Below, piece after piece: positions 1 through 8,684 of a DNA stretch of 29,022 nt. The notes beneath the pieces were generated by a model. The model was not told the origin of the DNA, ran no database searches, and saw nothing but the letters and a program-made list of their open reading frames with translations. This DNA comes from Thiorhodovibrio sp. (GTDB lineage Bacteria > Pseudomonadota > Gammaproteobacteria > Chromatiales > Chromatiaceae): the NCBI GenBank assembly GCA_007128075.1, contig SKYD01000077.1, forward strand, positions 1-29,022. Direction: 5' to 3'. Position numbers and translations under genes: made by a program. Positions within the stretch are counted from its first letter, which is position 1. Every line of letters starts with the position of its first letter.

Positions 1-150
1 AAACCCACTCGCTCCTTCCTTACGCCTTGTCGAAAGCGGCCACCGCTGGCGTTCACAGTGGCATTTCATGACCTTCCCAACATAGCTCACCACCTGCGTG
101 GATTGCTCGGTCTGCACCCTCGCTGACTCTTTAGAAAACATCAGATATGC

Positions 151-795
151 TTAGAAAAGAGTAGGTTTTAGCGAGGGGCTAACCCCGCGATCTAAACGGG
201 CAAAATAGGTCACCAGCACCACCAGCCCCGCCCCCGAGGTCAAGCCCAGGGCGATTCTTAGCGGCCAGTGTCCCCAGTGCAGTGGCAGGTCAAAGACCAA
301 CAGCACCAACACCGCCGCTCCAGCAAGCCCTGCCAGCAGCGGCATCAAATGATTGTAACGCCGGGTTTGGCGCGGACTCACCAACCGTTTTAGGGTAATT
401 GCCATTGCAAACAACACCCCGCCGACCAGTGCTTGTCCAGCGATCCCTTCACCCTGTGTCCAAATCAGTGCGGCACCGATCAACAGCAGTGGGAATAACA
501 CATCAACGGCCGCCCGCAACAGCCAAGACAGCGGCGCGGCACCAATGCGCGCCGGTGCGGTTTCTGCGTAACTTAGCCGCACCAGTAAAACACTGAGCGT
601 TAAACCAATGATCGCCTGTATCAGCGCGGCATAGGTGGCGCCAGCAAAGGCCAACACCAAACTCAGCAACAGGGTAAAAGCCAGATACATCAGTGCAGCA
701 CGCAGCGGCGAGCGTTCGAGCATCGACAACAGCGCGGTGATGACAAGACCGAGTGATAGCACTGCAATCAGTCCAATGATGCCTGCTGCTAACAT
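151..795 (-). CDS. mnhB: Divergent Mrp/Mnh antiporter subunit B-like protein (DUF4040-like N-half plus MnhB-like C-half)
   Basis: Fully hydrophobic 214 aa. N-half resembles DUF4040 (RAALMYLAFTLLLSLVLAFAGATYAALIQAIIG). Last gene of an overlapping E-F-G-B run. The canonical PGGGF motif is not recognisable. Confidence 0.55.
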   Translation of the reverse strand: MLAAGIIGLIAVLSLGLVITALLSMLERSPLRAALMYLAFTLLLSLVLAFAGATYAALIQAIIGLTLSVLLVRLSYAETAPARIGAAPLSWLLRAAVDVLFPLLLIGAALIWTQGEGIAGQALVGGVLFAMAITLKRLVSPRQTRRYNHLMPLLAGLAGAAVLVLLVFDLPLHWGHWPLRIALGLTSGAGLVVLVTYFARLDRGVSPSLKPTLF

Positions 796-1085
796 GTGGG
801 CGGCTCGTGTTGGGTTGATGATTCAGCGACCAGCGCACTTTGGGTGATCAACGCCAAAATCACCGGCAGCATAATCAGCAGCATCAGCCCCAAGATCACC
901 AATCGATTCCACCACGCCGGCTCAATTAAAATTCCCGCCACCAGCAACACGATGATTGCTGGAAATGCAGTTTTGGTGACCACCTGCAAGCGTGATGGCA
1001 CATCGGGCAACAACCACAGCGCGAGGCTACTGAGAAAAAGACCAGCGGCGGCGATCAGCAACAGACTATCGAAGATCAATCGCAT
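789..1085 (-). CDS. mnhG: Mrp/Mnh Na+/H+ antiporter subunit G-like
   Basis: 98 aa, three hydrophobic segments. LPDVPSRLQVVTKT resembles the MnhG pattern (PD..xRlhaatK), with a Pro in the last helix (MLPV). Follows mnhF. Confidence 0.7.
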   Translation of the reverse strand: MRLIFDSLLLIAAAGLFLSSLALWLLPDVPSRLQVVTKTAFPAIIVLLVAGILIEPAWWNRLVILGLMLLIMLPVILALITQSALVAESSTQHEPPTC

Positions 1086-1345
1086 GATGAGGACCCATGG
1101 GACAATAAAACCAGAACAATCAACGCGACAAAACCCAGCGCGGCCAGTGCCAAGGCCAGATCAAGCACCAGTGCCAGCCCCGACATGGTGGCAAACACCA
1201 CGCAGCCGATGATCACCACCAGCCACACCAAGGCTGCACTGGTTAAACGCTCGTGAGGCTGGCGCGCTCGCCACAGATCAGCCAAACTGAGTAACAGTGC
1301 GCCAGCAATCAACGCCAGCGTCAGACCAGCAAGTGGTGTTGGCAT
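1076..1345 (-). CDS. mnhF: Mrp/Mnh Na+/H+ antiporter subunit F-like
   Basis: 89 aa, three hydrophobic segments. LDLALALAALGFV matches the MnhF C-terminal pattern, and QPHER occupies the GPT..DR position. Lies between mnhE and mnhG. Confidence 0.65.
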   Translation of the reverse strand: MPTPLAGLTLALIAGALLLSLADLWRARQPHERLTSAALVWLVVIIGCVVFATMSGLALVLDLALALAALGFVALIVLVLLSHGSSSCD

Positions 1346-1851
1346 TATCGAACGGCTCCCTGCAATAATCGCTCCCAGGCCAGCAATTGCGCCTGTGCTG
1401 TTTCTGGACTTGCCAGCGGTGGCCGCCCCGAGGGCAGAACATGCACCGTCAGCCGCCCACCGGATAAGGCAACCACCAACAAATTGGGGGTTAAACTCAG
1501 CGCGTAGGCGAGTAGCAGCCGCCCAAGGCGCGATTGTAGCGCGGTATTTAGCTCCATCGACAGACCAGCGCGGGCGATCCGTGGTCTAAAAATCCACAGC
1601 GGCGTGGTCAGTGCCGAGCGCACTAGCATCAGCAACAAACGACCCGTGAACTGTAGCCAACTTAGCAACGCCTGGGGCCGCAACCGCAACCCCGTCAACA
1701 GCCCCAGATGTGCACGAGCTAACACCGTGACTGCCAGCCCCAAGAGCGCGGACAACCCCGCACCCAGTGCTGAAAATGAGGCGGTGAGCAACAACCAAAA
1801 CAAGGTTGCCAACAGCCATCCTAAAAGAAAATGGAGCGGACCTGTGCGCAT
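1345..1851 (-). CDS. mnhE: Mrp/Mnh Na+/H+ antiporter subunit E-like
   Basis: FWLLLTAS N-terminal helix and LLAYALSLTPNLLVV...LTVHVL match the MnhE pattern (LTPGT...vH). Confidence 0.75.
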   Translation of the reverse strand: MRTGPLHFLLGWLLATLFWLLLTASFSALGAGLSALLGLAVTVLARAHLGLLTGLRLRPQALLSWLQFTGRLLLMLVRSALTTPLWIFRPRIARAGLSMELNTALQSRLGRLLLAYALSLTPNLLVVALSGGRLTVHVLPSGRPPLASPETAQAQLLAWERLLQGAVR

Positions 1852-1930
1852 GATAGCTAATCAAGTGAGTGCAACAAAAGGCTATTGTGACACTTTAACA
1901 AAAATACTGCCAGATTCCTGGCATCGATCC

Positions 1931-2125
1931 CAGGGCTAGCGCGTATAAATCCTCATCCAAATAGTACTTTAGCGCGGTAGTCATCATCCTAAAGTGGTCT
2001 TGCGGCGTTTCTTGGACATGCGCAGAAAGGTCGCATCCAAGCGCCAGTGCAGTTGATTTTCGATGCTCCAGTGACCGCGCACGGCTTGGGCGAAGCGTTC
2101 GGCTTGGGCAGGGATGGAAGTTGTC
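1931..2125 (-). mobile_element. ISAs1-family (H-repeat) transposase 3' remnant with one terminal repeat
   Basis: Minus-strand translation TSIPAQAERFAQAVRGHWSIENQLHWRLDATF is the ISAs1 HW.IEN.LHW.LD motif. After an internal deletion and frameshift it reads MSKKRRKTTL / DDDYRAKVLFG*, the ISAs1 C-terminus. CAGGG terminus at 1931-1935. Confidence 0.8.
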
Positions 2126-2218
2126 AATCGCGGAGTGTCGGTGGGGGGGAATGGTGTAGACTTAAAACCTTGTGTCAGTGCCCTCGCCCGAACGGGCAGG
2201 GTTTTTTGGAGAATCCGC

Positions 2219-2443
2219 ATGACGACAATTGCCGATCTGATCTACGAGGAGGCCAAAACCTTGCCCGAGCACCAGGGCGCGGAAGTCTTGGACTTTATTG
2301 ACCACCTTCGCTCCCGCTCCTCTGTCAAGCCTGACTCGGAAAATCCATCGCAGCGGATGGTGGAATTGGAGGAATTCTTCTCCCAATACCCGCGAATTCC
2401 CAAAGACTTTAAGTTCAATCGGGAAGAAGCGAATGAGCGTTGA
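2219..2443 (+). CDS. DUF2281-type antitoxin (VapB-like)
   Basis: ATG at 2219. AKTLPEHQGAEVLDFIDHL resembles DUF2281, and the C-terminal FKFNREEANER is typical of PIN-associated antitoxins. Overlaps the PIN gene start. Confidence 0.7.
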   Translation: MTTIADLIYEEAKTLPEHQGAEVLDFIDHLRSRSSVKPDSENPSQRMVELEEFFSQYPRIPKDFKFNREEANER

Positions 2444-2639
2444 ATTTATCGATACCAATATCGCCCTATACAGCCTTAGCGAGGAACAGCCAAAACGCCG
2501 CATAGCACTTTCCATTCTAAGCCGCCAACCGACTATTTCATTACAGGTTCTCAATGAAGCAGCAAATGTGATGAGGCGAAGACTCGGATTCGATATCCCG
2601 ATAAGCCGATACACCTTGGCTTTGCGCTGCTTGGGGTAG
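2433..2639 (+). pseudogene. vapC: PIN-domain (VapC-like) toxin, 3'-truncated at ~2603
   Basis: FIDTNIALYSL and TISLQVLNEAANVMRRRL are PIN motifs. Homology ends after ~57 aa; the remaining codons are antisense Uma2 sequence. Confidence 0.8.
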
Positions 2640-3031
2640 AGCAAAACATAGTGCTCTACCCCTTCCTCTTGGTAGAGCTGGAACTTGGTCTGCTCATCGC
2701 GGCGTGCAGTTCTGGGCGAGATCACTTCAGCAATCAGCACCGGAGCGCGAGTGATGCGATCACCATCAGGCGGCGAGCAAATCACGATCACATCAGGGCG
2801 AGTGACCGTATCAGTTGAAAACTCGACATCAATTTCATAAATCACTTCACAGTTGGGGCAAGAATCAAGTGCCGTCGCCAGTTGCACGAACAAACGCCCA
2901 CCAATCCGCTGATGGTCAACATTGGGCGAGGGCGACATTGCAAGCGGAACGCCTCGAATCAGCTCCCAGTCCCCTTCCCAATGGCGGTAATCGTCGAGTG
3001 TGTAATATTCAATCGCGGCAACGGTGGACAT
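2603..3031 (-). pseudogene. Uma2/DUF820 family PD-(D/E)xK endonuclease, 3'-truncated
   Basis: ATG at 3031 with a GGAG RBS. WELIRG..LAMSPSP...HQRI, RPDVIV, IAEVISP, KFQLYQEEGVEHYVLLYP are Uma2 motifs. Homology ends at KVYRL (~2603); the frame then runs antisense through the TA genes to 2162. Confidence 0.75.
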
Positions 3032-3334
3032 TGATTTGGCTCCCAATGACAACGGATTGACTGCATATCTGCGATGGCTGATGATCGAGTATAAAGCAGA
3101 GCGCGGGAGGTGGTGGTAGACTGAACCCTGTGCGGTGGCTTGTCGAAAATATGTAATCAAGGTACACAAAAAATGCTTTCACCATCACAAGCTATACGGC
3201 TGCTTGGTTCATTAACAGTAAGTGGTGAACTAGCCCATCTTATCGCCAAAACAGCAAAAACTGGCGGAATCTCGTTTTAGTTCCAAGCTAAGATAGCATC
3301 GAACAAAAAACTTTTTTACTGCGAGGATAGTAAA

Positions 3335-5086
3335 ATGTCAAACATCATTACTGTTAATAAATTTCTTATGGACAAGATGTTTTCTATTCCAACATATCAG
3401 CGTGATTATGCTTGGACTATAACTCAAGTTGACGACTTGATGTCCGACATTCATGACGCTTTAGTCGAAAAATCTACGCACTATCTAGGGACGCTCGTTC
3501 TTGCTTGTATTCGCAACCAATCTTTTGAAATCGTTGATGGTCAGCAAAGGCTTTCAACGCTTACTTTAGTCATACGGGCACTGTTAAATGAGCTTGACCC
3601 TAATGGTAGATATCGAATAGTTAACGAAGATAATCTTCTTGGGGCTAAGCCTAATCTTAGACTTGATTTTGGTAAAAATCAGGGCTTTGTGGATGATATG
3701 TTTTCTGGTAAGCAAGCAATACCCGCAACATTGGGGCAGCGTAAATTGCTGAAAGCGTTTAATTTTGCTACAGAGCGAGCCAGAAACCTTAAACGCCAAG
3801 ACCAAGACGGAGAGCGCTTGGTGAAAGAATGGATTGATACAATAAAATCCTTAGAGATAATCGAATTTGTCGCCACTGATACTGGGCGTGCTATACGGAT
3901 GTTTCAGACAGTCAATGACCGGGGTGTGCCTTTGACATACATAGATAAAGCAAAAGCATTGCTGGTATATTTTTCTAATCGATACTTGAACGGGAAGCTT
4001 GATAGTAAAATTAGCGACGCTTTCGGTCAATGCTTTTCAGCTTTTGACTCTCTAAAAGAGTTTGTTAGCAAAACGGGATACCGCATTGACAATATTGCGC
4101 GGGATACATTCACCGAAGACGATATTTTGCGTTACCACTATCTTGCTTATCATAATGATGATGCACTTAATGTAACAGACTATGATGGTACGGTGCGAAC
4201 GGTGGTATTCGAAGGTTTCCTTAAAGGTACTTTAAAAAGCCTCTGTCAGCAACCTATAAAATTGGAATCATTTATTAATGATTATGTTGATGACCTTAGT
4301 CAATTTGCGCAGGCATTTGAGGGCTTGATTACCGGGGCGGAAAAGAATTCGCGCCTTTATAAGGTTTTTATTGTTCTAGGGCTTTCGGCGCGACTTTACC
4401 CTTTAGTAATTCGACTGTTCCAAAGGGATCTGCTGTTTCATGCTACAGCGCAAAATAATGGGATAGATCTTCTGCATTGCATTGAGGTGTGTGATGTTAG
4501 GATCTACAAAACAAGGGGAACTGACCCGGCTAAAGATATTGGAAGCATTTCCCACGGATCGCAGAAATCCTGTTCCAATGATATTGCCCAGAGAATCAAC
4601 GAATTCACTAAGCGATTTATGCCCGATTCAATTTTTCAAAACAGTCTTTCTCAAGATATGTACCATAATGGTGCTCTTTTGCATATTTTGCTTTGGCACG
4701 ACGAACAAGTAGCGAATTGCGAATATTCACTCGAAAAAATCTTCGATATGACAGTTAACCAAATGACACGGGAACATATACTTTCTCAAACTCCAAATTG
4801 GTCTGTTTGTGAACAAGGTTTTTTAGACGACGCTGATTTTGAAAGTCATTTGCATACTATTGGCAATCTTACGCTACTATCGGGATCCGAAAACTCTAAA
4901 TGCCAAAATCAGCCAGCATATACAAAAATGACTCCAGGGTTCTATGGCAGTTCTATTTATGCGGCAACTCGGCAACTAGCGCACAAATATGGCCCAACTT
5001 CGGAACAATTTGATAAGGATGCGTTAATTAACAGGACTAATGATATTGTTGCTGCTGTAATGAATAGATGGGCAATCTGTAATTAA
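3335..5086 (+). CDS. GmrSD-like / SspE-like DUF262-DUF1524 modification-dependent restriction nuclease
   Basis: N-terminal IPTYQRDYAW, IVDGQQRLSTL and FQTVNDRGVPL (DUF262). C-terminal EHILSQ and IGNLTLLSGSENSKCQN (DUF1524, HNH-like). GAGGA RBS. AT-rich relative to flanks. Confidence 0.85.
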   Translation: MSNIITVNKFLMDKMFSIPTYQRDYAWTITQVDDLMSDIHDALVEKSTHYLGTLVLACIRNQSFEIVDGQQRLSTLTLVIRALLNELDPNGRYRIVNEDNLLGAKPNLRLDFGKNQGFVDDMFSGKQAIPATLGQRKLLKAFNFATERARNLKRQDQDGERLVKEWIDTIKSLEIIEFVATDTGRAIRMFQTVNDRGVPLTYIDKAKALLVYFSNRYLNGKLDSKISDAFGQCFSAFDSLKEFVSKTGYRIDNIARDTFTEDDILRYHYLAYHNDDALNVTDYDGTVRTVVFEGFLKGTLKSLCQQPIKLESFINDYVDDLSQFAQAFEGLITGAEKNSRLYKVFIVLGLSARLYPLVIRLFQRDLLFHATAQNNGIDLLHCIEVCDVRIYKTRGTDPAKDIGSISHGSQKSCSNDIAQRINEFTKRFMPDSIFQNSLSQDMYHNGALLHILLWHDEQVANCEYSLEKIFDMTVNQMTREHILSQTPNWSVCEQGFLDDADFESHLHTIGNLTLLSGSENSKCQNQPAYTKMTPGFYGSSIYAATRQLAHKYGPTSEQFDKDALINRTNDIVAAVMNRWAICN

Positions 5087-5089
5087 AAG

Positions 5090-5965
5090 ATGACCAGCCA
5101 ACAAGACCTTGACATCGACCTCGACCCGATACTGTCTACTCACCCAGGGTTTCAATCCACCAACGGAAACTCAACCCACTATAGCCCACGCATCTTTTCA
5201 TGCTGCATCGGTCTAGGGCAGCAAACCAAGCCGCTACTGACAGCGTTGCGCCAGCATCAGACCGAACGCTTTGCTGTCGATGGTCTGTTTGTCCAATCTG
5301 GCGCAAAACTGTCAGTGTTGGAGGCTTGGTCAAATGGGACGCTGCTTCAAGTGCCTGATTTTGTGGTTGTGGCCATTGATGTGACAGATCCGCACGCTCT
5401 GGAATTAAGCCAATTGTGGGCAGAGATGCTGGCTGATCAACACACGGCTGGCAAAACCTATCGCGTTGCAATGCTCATCGGTGATGCCCCCTCGGCGATC
5501 ATGGCAGCCTTAAACCATGAATTGAGCACGAATTTCGGTTCTGTCATTCACATCCAGCCGCAACGGCGGGTTTTGCAGCACACCACCATAACCCGCCTCA
5601 CCATGGGAATGCTGTTTTTAAATAGCACCCTGATTTGCCATGACATGGGCGATTTACAATCTGTGCTGCGTGCTGGCAAACGAGTCCGCAGTGCCGCGAC
5701 TGTTTGGAACCATCCCGACCGTGAGCAACAGGCATTGGAGCGTTTGCTCACTCAGTTGCAACCGCAACACGCGAAAGGTGTCATCGCCTTGTTCTATCTT
5801 CCTTGGTTCGATAACACCATCGCTGAATATTCGCGCCTCACCGACAGCTTGCGTGATCGCTGGCCACTGTTGGATGAAATACCATTTTTTACCGTCACTT
5901 ATGGCCAAAAAATTTGGCGGAGCGGACGCTGGGTTCTCGTCTTGACTGTGGCAGAGGATGAATAA
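5090..5965 (+). CDS. Degenerate FtsZ/tubulin-fold protein lacking GTP-binding glycine motifs
   Basis: By-eye colinear similarity to FtsZ over the full core: CIGLG~VIGVG, PDFVVVA~ADMVFIA, ELSTNFGSVIHI~ELSKHVDSLITI, LICHDMGDLQSVL~LMNVDFADVRTVM, DREQQA~DRAEEA, AKGVI~ARGVL, IAEYSRLTDSLR~LDEFETVGNTIR. GGGTGTG is absent. Confidence 0.65.
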   Translation: MTSQQDLDIDLDPILSTHPGFQSTNGNSTHYSPRIFSCCIGLGQQTKPLLTALRQHQTERFAVDGLFVQSGAKLSVLEAWSNGTLLQVPDFVVVAIDVTDPHALELSQLWAEMLADQHTAGKTYRVAMLIGDAPSAIMAALNHELSTNFGSVIHIQPQRRVLQHTTITRLTMGMLFLNSTLICHDMGDLQSVLRAGKRVRSAATVWNHPDREQQALERLLTQLQPQHAKGVIALFYLPWFDNTIAEYSRLTDSLRDRWPLLDEIPFFTVTYGQKIWRSGRWVLVLTVAEDE

Positions 5966-6741
5966 TGGCGCAAGAATGTGTATTGGTTCAGCATCGTGGC
6001 TTAGTAACGCGAAACCAACAGGATGCGTTGCTGGTTGCCGATCAAGTGTGGCAGGCGGATGATGTGCCGCCCCGCGCTCATTCTCTCAACCCCAAGCAAG
6101 GATTGTGCGCAGTCGCCGATGGTGTTGCCGCGAGTAACAAACCCCAGAGGGCAAGCCGCGCTTTGCTGGAGATTCTATGCGATGCTCAGGATGACGCATC
6201 GGATCACTTTCAGGACGGCTGGCTTGGCCCACGCGCAGTGCGACGCTGGATTCACCCGCGCTTGTGTCGCCGATTATCAAGCCGACCAACATTGCGCACC
6301 AGTGCCACCACGCTCGCCATGCTGCAATGGCGCGATGGGCATTACAGCGCGCTCAATGTCGGCGATTCGCGGATTTACTGCATTTCCCCCGCTGGCGAAT
6401 GGCAACAGGTCTCGCTGGATCACACCTATTACCAATCGATGATTCAGCGCGGCGAATTACAGCGCGGCGCGAATGTCGGTCAGCTTTATCACGACCTTGA
6501 ACACATGATCAGCGCCGATGACAGCGAAGACGAGTTTGCGATTCATTGGCAGACTGGACAATTACCCGAGGCAGCGACTTGGCTACTGTGTACTGATGGC
6601 TTACACGACAGCCTAAGCCAGACCGAGATGCAAGCGCTGTTCGACCCCAAGGCACCACTCACCGAGATCGCCGAGCGTTACCGCCAAGCGGTGCTGGATG
6701 CAGGCGCACCAGATAATTTATCGTTCATTTTTTTGCGCTGA
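5965..6741 (+). CDS. PP2C/PPM family Ser/Thr protein phosphatase
   Basis: QQD, AVADG, NVGDSR, DH, LCTDGL and DNLS motifs with the metal-binding aspartates present. TAATG stop/start overlap with the upstream gene. Confidence 0.9.
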   Translation: MAQECVLVQHRGLVTRNQQDALLVADQVWQADDVPPRAHSLNPKQGLCAVADGVAASNKPQRASRALLEILCDAQDDASDHFQDGWLGPRAVRRWIHPRLCRRLSSRPTLRTSATTLAMLQWRDGHYSALNVGDSRIYCISPAGEWQQVSLDHTYYQSMIQRGELQRGANVGQLYHDLEHMISADDSEDEFAIHWQTGQLPEAATWLLCTDGLHDSLSQTEMQALFDPKAPLTEIAERYRQAVLDAGAPDNLSFIFLR

Positions 6742-6749
6742 ATCGATTC

Positions 6750-7394
6750 TCAATCCTGTGGTTGCACCTGCCGAAAATCCGCCCCCTGAAAAACCCGCAC
6801 CGCGTTGCCCCGCTCAAGCTGAGTATGCTGCCGCCAGCGCCGATCCTCGGTCGTGCGTTTTGTTGCCTCGGCGCGTTCATTGAGCAGCGTGGCAAGCCGC
6901 GCCAACGCCAACCGTCGGTTCAGGTGCTGCGAGCGTTCTTCTTGACCCAGCACGCTAATCCCTGTCGGCAGGTGGGTGATGCGCACCGCGCTCTCGGTGC
7001 GGTTGACATGCTGACCGCCAGAGCCAGAAGCGCGGAGGGTTTCAATGCGCAATTCGCGCTCGTTCCAAGTCTCGACCCTCGGTTCCGCGAAGGCAGCGAC
7101 ACTGACAAACCAGTTCTTGCGCTTGTGATGCGGTCGATAGGGGCTGGCGCCAATCCACTGAATGGTGCCAAGCCAGTCGGCGACCTGGCTATCCACCTCG
7201 GCACCGCTGACTCGCAGTAACACAGAGCGAGCATCGCCAGGGTGCTGACCGGGCACGCGGTCGATCTCTTCCACATCGAGACCCCGCGCTGGCAGCGCGG
7301 CGATCACACAGGATGCCAGCCGACCCACCACCCATTCGCATTCCGCTGGGCAGCGACCAGCGGAAAGTTGCAGCCACAGGGTTGGCGTGCTCAT
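6750..7394 (-). CDS. prfH: Peptide chain release factor H
   Basis: [13 protein letters not shown]-terminus, [24 protein letters not shown], and [16 protein letters not shown] (GGQ). ATGA overlap with the rtcB stop at 7391-7394. Confidence 0.9.
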   Translation of the reverse strand: MSTPTLWLQLSAGRCPAECEWVVGRLASCVIAALPARGLDVEEIDRVPGQHPGDARSVLLRVSGAEVDSQVADWLGTIQWIGASPYRPHHKRKNWFVSVAAFAEPRVETWNERELRIETLRASGSGGQHVNRTESAVRITHLPTGISVLGQEERSQHLNRRLALARLATLLNERAEATKRTTEDRRWRQHTQLERGNAVRVFQGADFRQVQPQD

Positions 7395-8584
7395 CGCCGC
7401 CCCCGCTTGGGCTTGCGATCTTGGCGGTGTGAGTGCGTTCCTTGGCGATCTGGGCGACGGATTTTGTAAGTCAGCGCCGGGCGCAGGGTGGCAATGACCT
7501 GGCACAGGCCCGCATCGACCAAATCGGCAACGACGCGATCCACGGCTTTGTAGGCTTCCGGCGCTTCGTCATACAGCAGTTCCTTGTCTTCACACACAAC
7601 CCAACCGCCGAGCGCGGTCTTCTGTAAATCCTCGGGGCGTTGGCGAGCACTCAGACGCGGGCGAGCCTCGCCGCGTTTCCATTTACGCCCAGCGCCGTGG
7701 GCAAGCGAGCGCAAGCTGCTGTCAATCCCGTTGTCTTTTGTCAACAACGGCTTGACCAAATAAGACAGGCTGCCGCGTGAGCCGGGGATGACCACCGGCC
7801 CACGATCCGCCGGAGCAGCACCCTTGCGATGCAGCCACAGCGTCTCGCCCGTCCAGTCAATGGCTTGCACCAAATTGTGCCAGACATCCAGCCGCCGCTC
7901 ACCCTCCGCGCCCAAAGCATCGAGCAGGCGGAGCGCGATCAGCCGCCGATTGGCCTCGGCCCAACGGATGGCGTGATCATGCGCCTGGAGATAATCGCGG
8001 GCGGCAGCGGACGCTGGTTCCAACCCCGTGTGACCGTGCTGGTCGATGACCGTGCGCAAAACCGACTCCCCCAGCCCGCGTGAGCCGCTGTGAACCAGCA
8101 GCAACAGCCGTTCGGGGTCGAGATTGAGTTCAGCAACAGCGCTGGGATCAAACACCTCGGTCAAGCTCTGCACTTCAGCAAAATGATTGCCGCCGCCGAT
8201 GGTGCCAAGCGCCTGATCAAAGGCGGTGGGCGCAAGCCCCTGTTCAGTGCGCCAAGTGTCGAGGTCGCCGTCCCAAGGGCCTTCGAGCGCGGTCAAGCGT
8301 TCAGCAGCGCGTTCGGGCTTGAACTTGCGCACCGCCAGATCGGTCTGCCACAGCCCCATGCCGCAGCCGATGTCATTGCCGACCAGCGCCGGGTAGAGGC
8401 GATCAGCGAGAAACGCCGCGCCGATGGGATAGCCCTTGCCGGGATGAAGATCAGGCAGACCGACGGCGGCGCACATGCCAGGCAGCGCGGCGGTGTGTTC
8501 CAATTGGCGCAGAGCTTCGCCTTCGATCCAGGTCTCCGAGGAGGCGATGAGGTGAACGGGCGTTTTGTCCAAGCTGTTGTCCAT
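7391..8584 (-). CDS. rtcB: PrfH-coupled RtcB-family RNA ligase (RtcB2)
   Basis: [55 protein letters not shown] and EAPEAYK motifs. Likely start is the ATG at 8584 (MDNSLD); the ORF track extends to 8641. Confidence 0.9.
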   Translation of the reverse strand: MDNSLDKTPVHLIASSETWIEGEALRQLEHTAALPGMCAAVGLPDLHPGKGYPIGAAFLADRLYPALVGNDIGCGMGLWQTDLAVRKFKPERAAERLTALEGPWDGDLDTWRTEQGLAPTAFDQALGTIGGGNHFAEVQSLTEVFDPSAVAELNLDPERLLLLVHSGSRGLGESVLRTVIDQHGHTGLEPASAAARDYLQAHDHAIRWAEANRRLIALRLLDALGAEGERRLDVWHNLVQAIDWTGETLWLHRKGAAPADRGPVVIPGSRGSLSYLVKPLLTKDNGIDSSLRSLAHGAGRKWKRGEARPRLSARQRPEDLQKTALGGWVVCEDKELLYDEAPEAYKAVDRVVADLVDAGLCQVIATLRPALTYKIRRPDRQGTHSHRQDRKPKRGRR

Positions 8585-8664
8585 GTCAATGGGTTTTGAA
8601 GACGGGTTGATGACTGAGTGTTTGAAATTTTTTGTTATCAAGCAATCGCCATTAGTTTTGAAGC

Positions 8665-8684
8665 ATTATACTCATTAAATTATA
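8665..8684 (-). promoter_or_regulatory. Two perfect TATAAT hexamers upstream of rtcB (candidate sigma70 -10 elements)
   Basis: ATTATA on the + strand at 8665-8670 and 8679-8684, in an AT-rich gap. No convincing -35 element. Confidence 0.35.

Noticed and set aside
1-141. Open minus-strand frame (MFSKESARVQ...) as possible mrpC, or a structured RNA
   Set aside because: The frame is hydrophilic and unlike MrpC. The GGGAAGG and GCCACTG pieces are in the wrong order for a cobalamin riboswitch. It is cut by the window edge.
3314-3335. TTTTACT/AGTAAAA stem around the GmrSD ribosome-binding site
   Set aside because: The stem is weak and AU-rich and the SD sits in the loop, so there is no support for regulation.
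3335-5086. Assignment as SspE of a phosphorothioate system
   Set aside because: The domain pair fits both SspE and GmrSD, but no ssp/dnd genes are in the window, so it was left as GmrSD/SspE-like.
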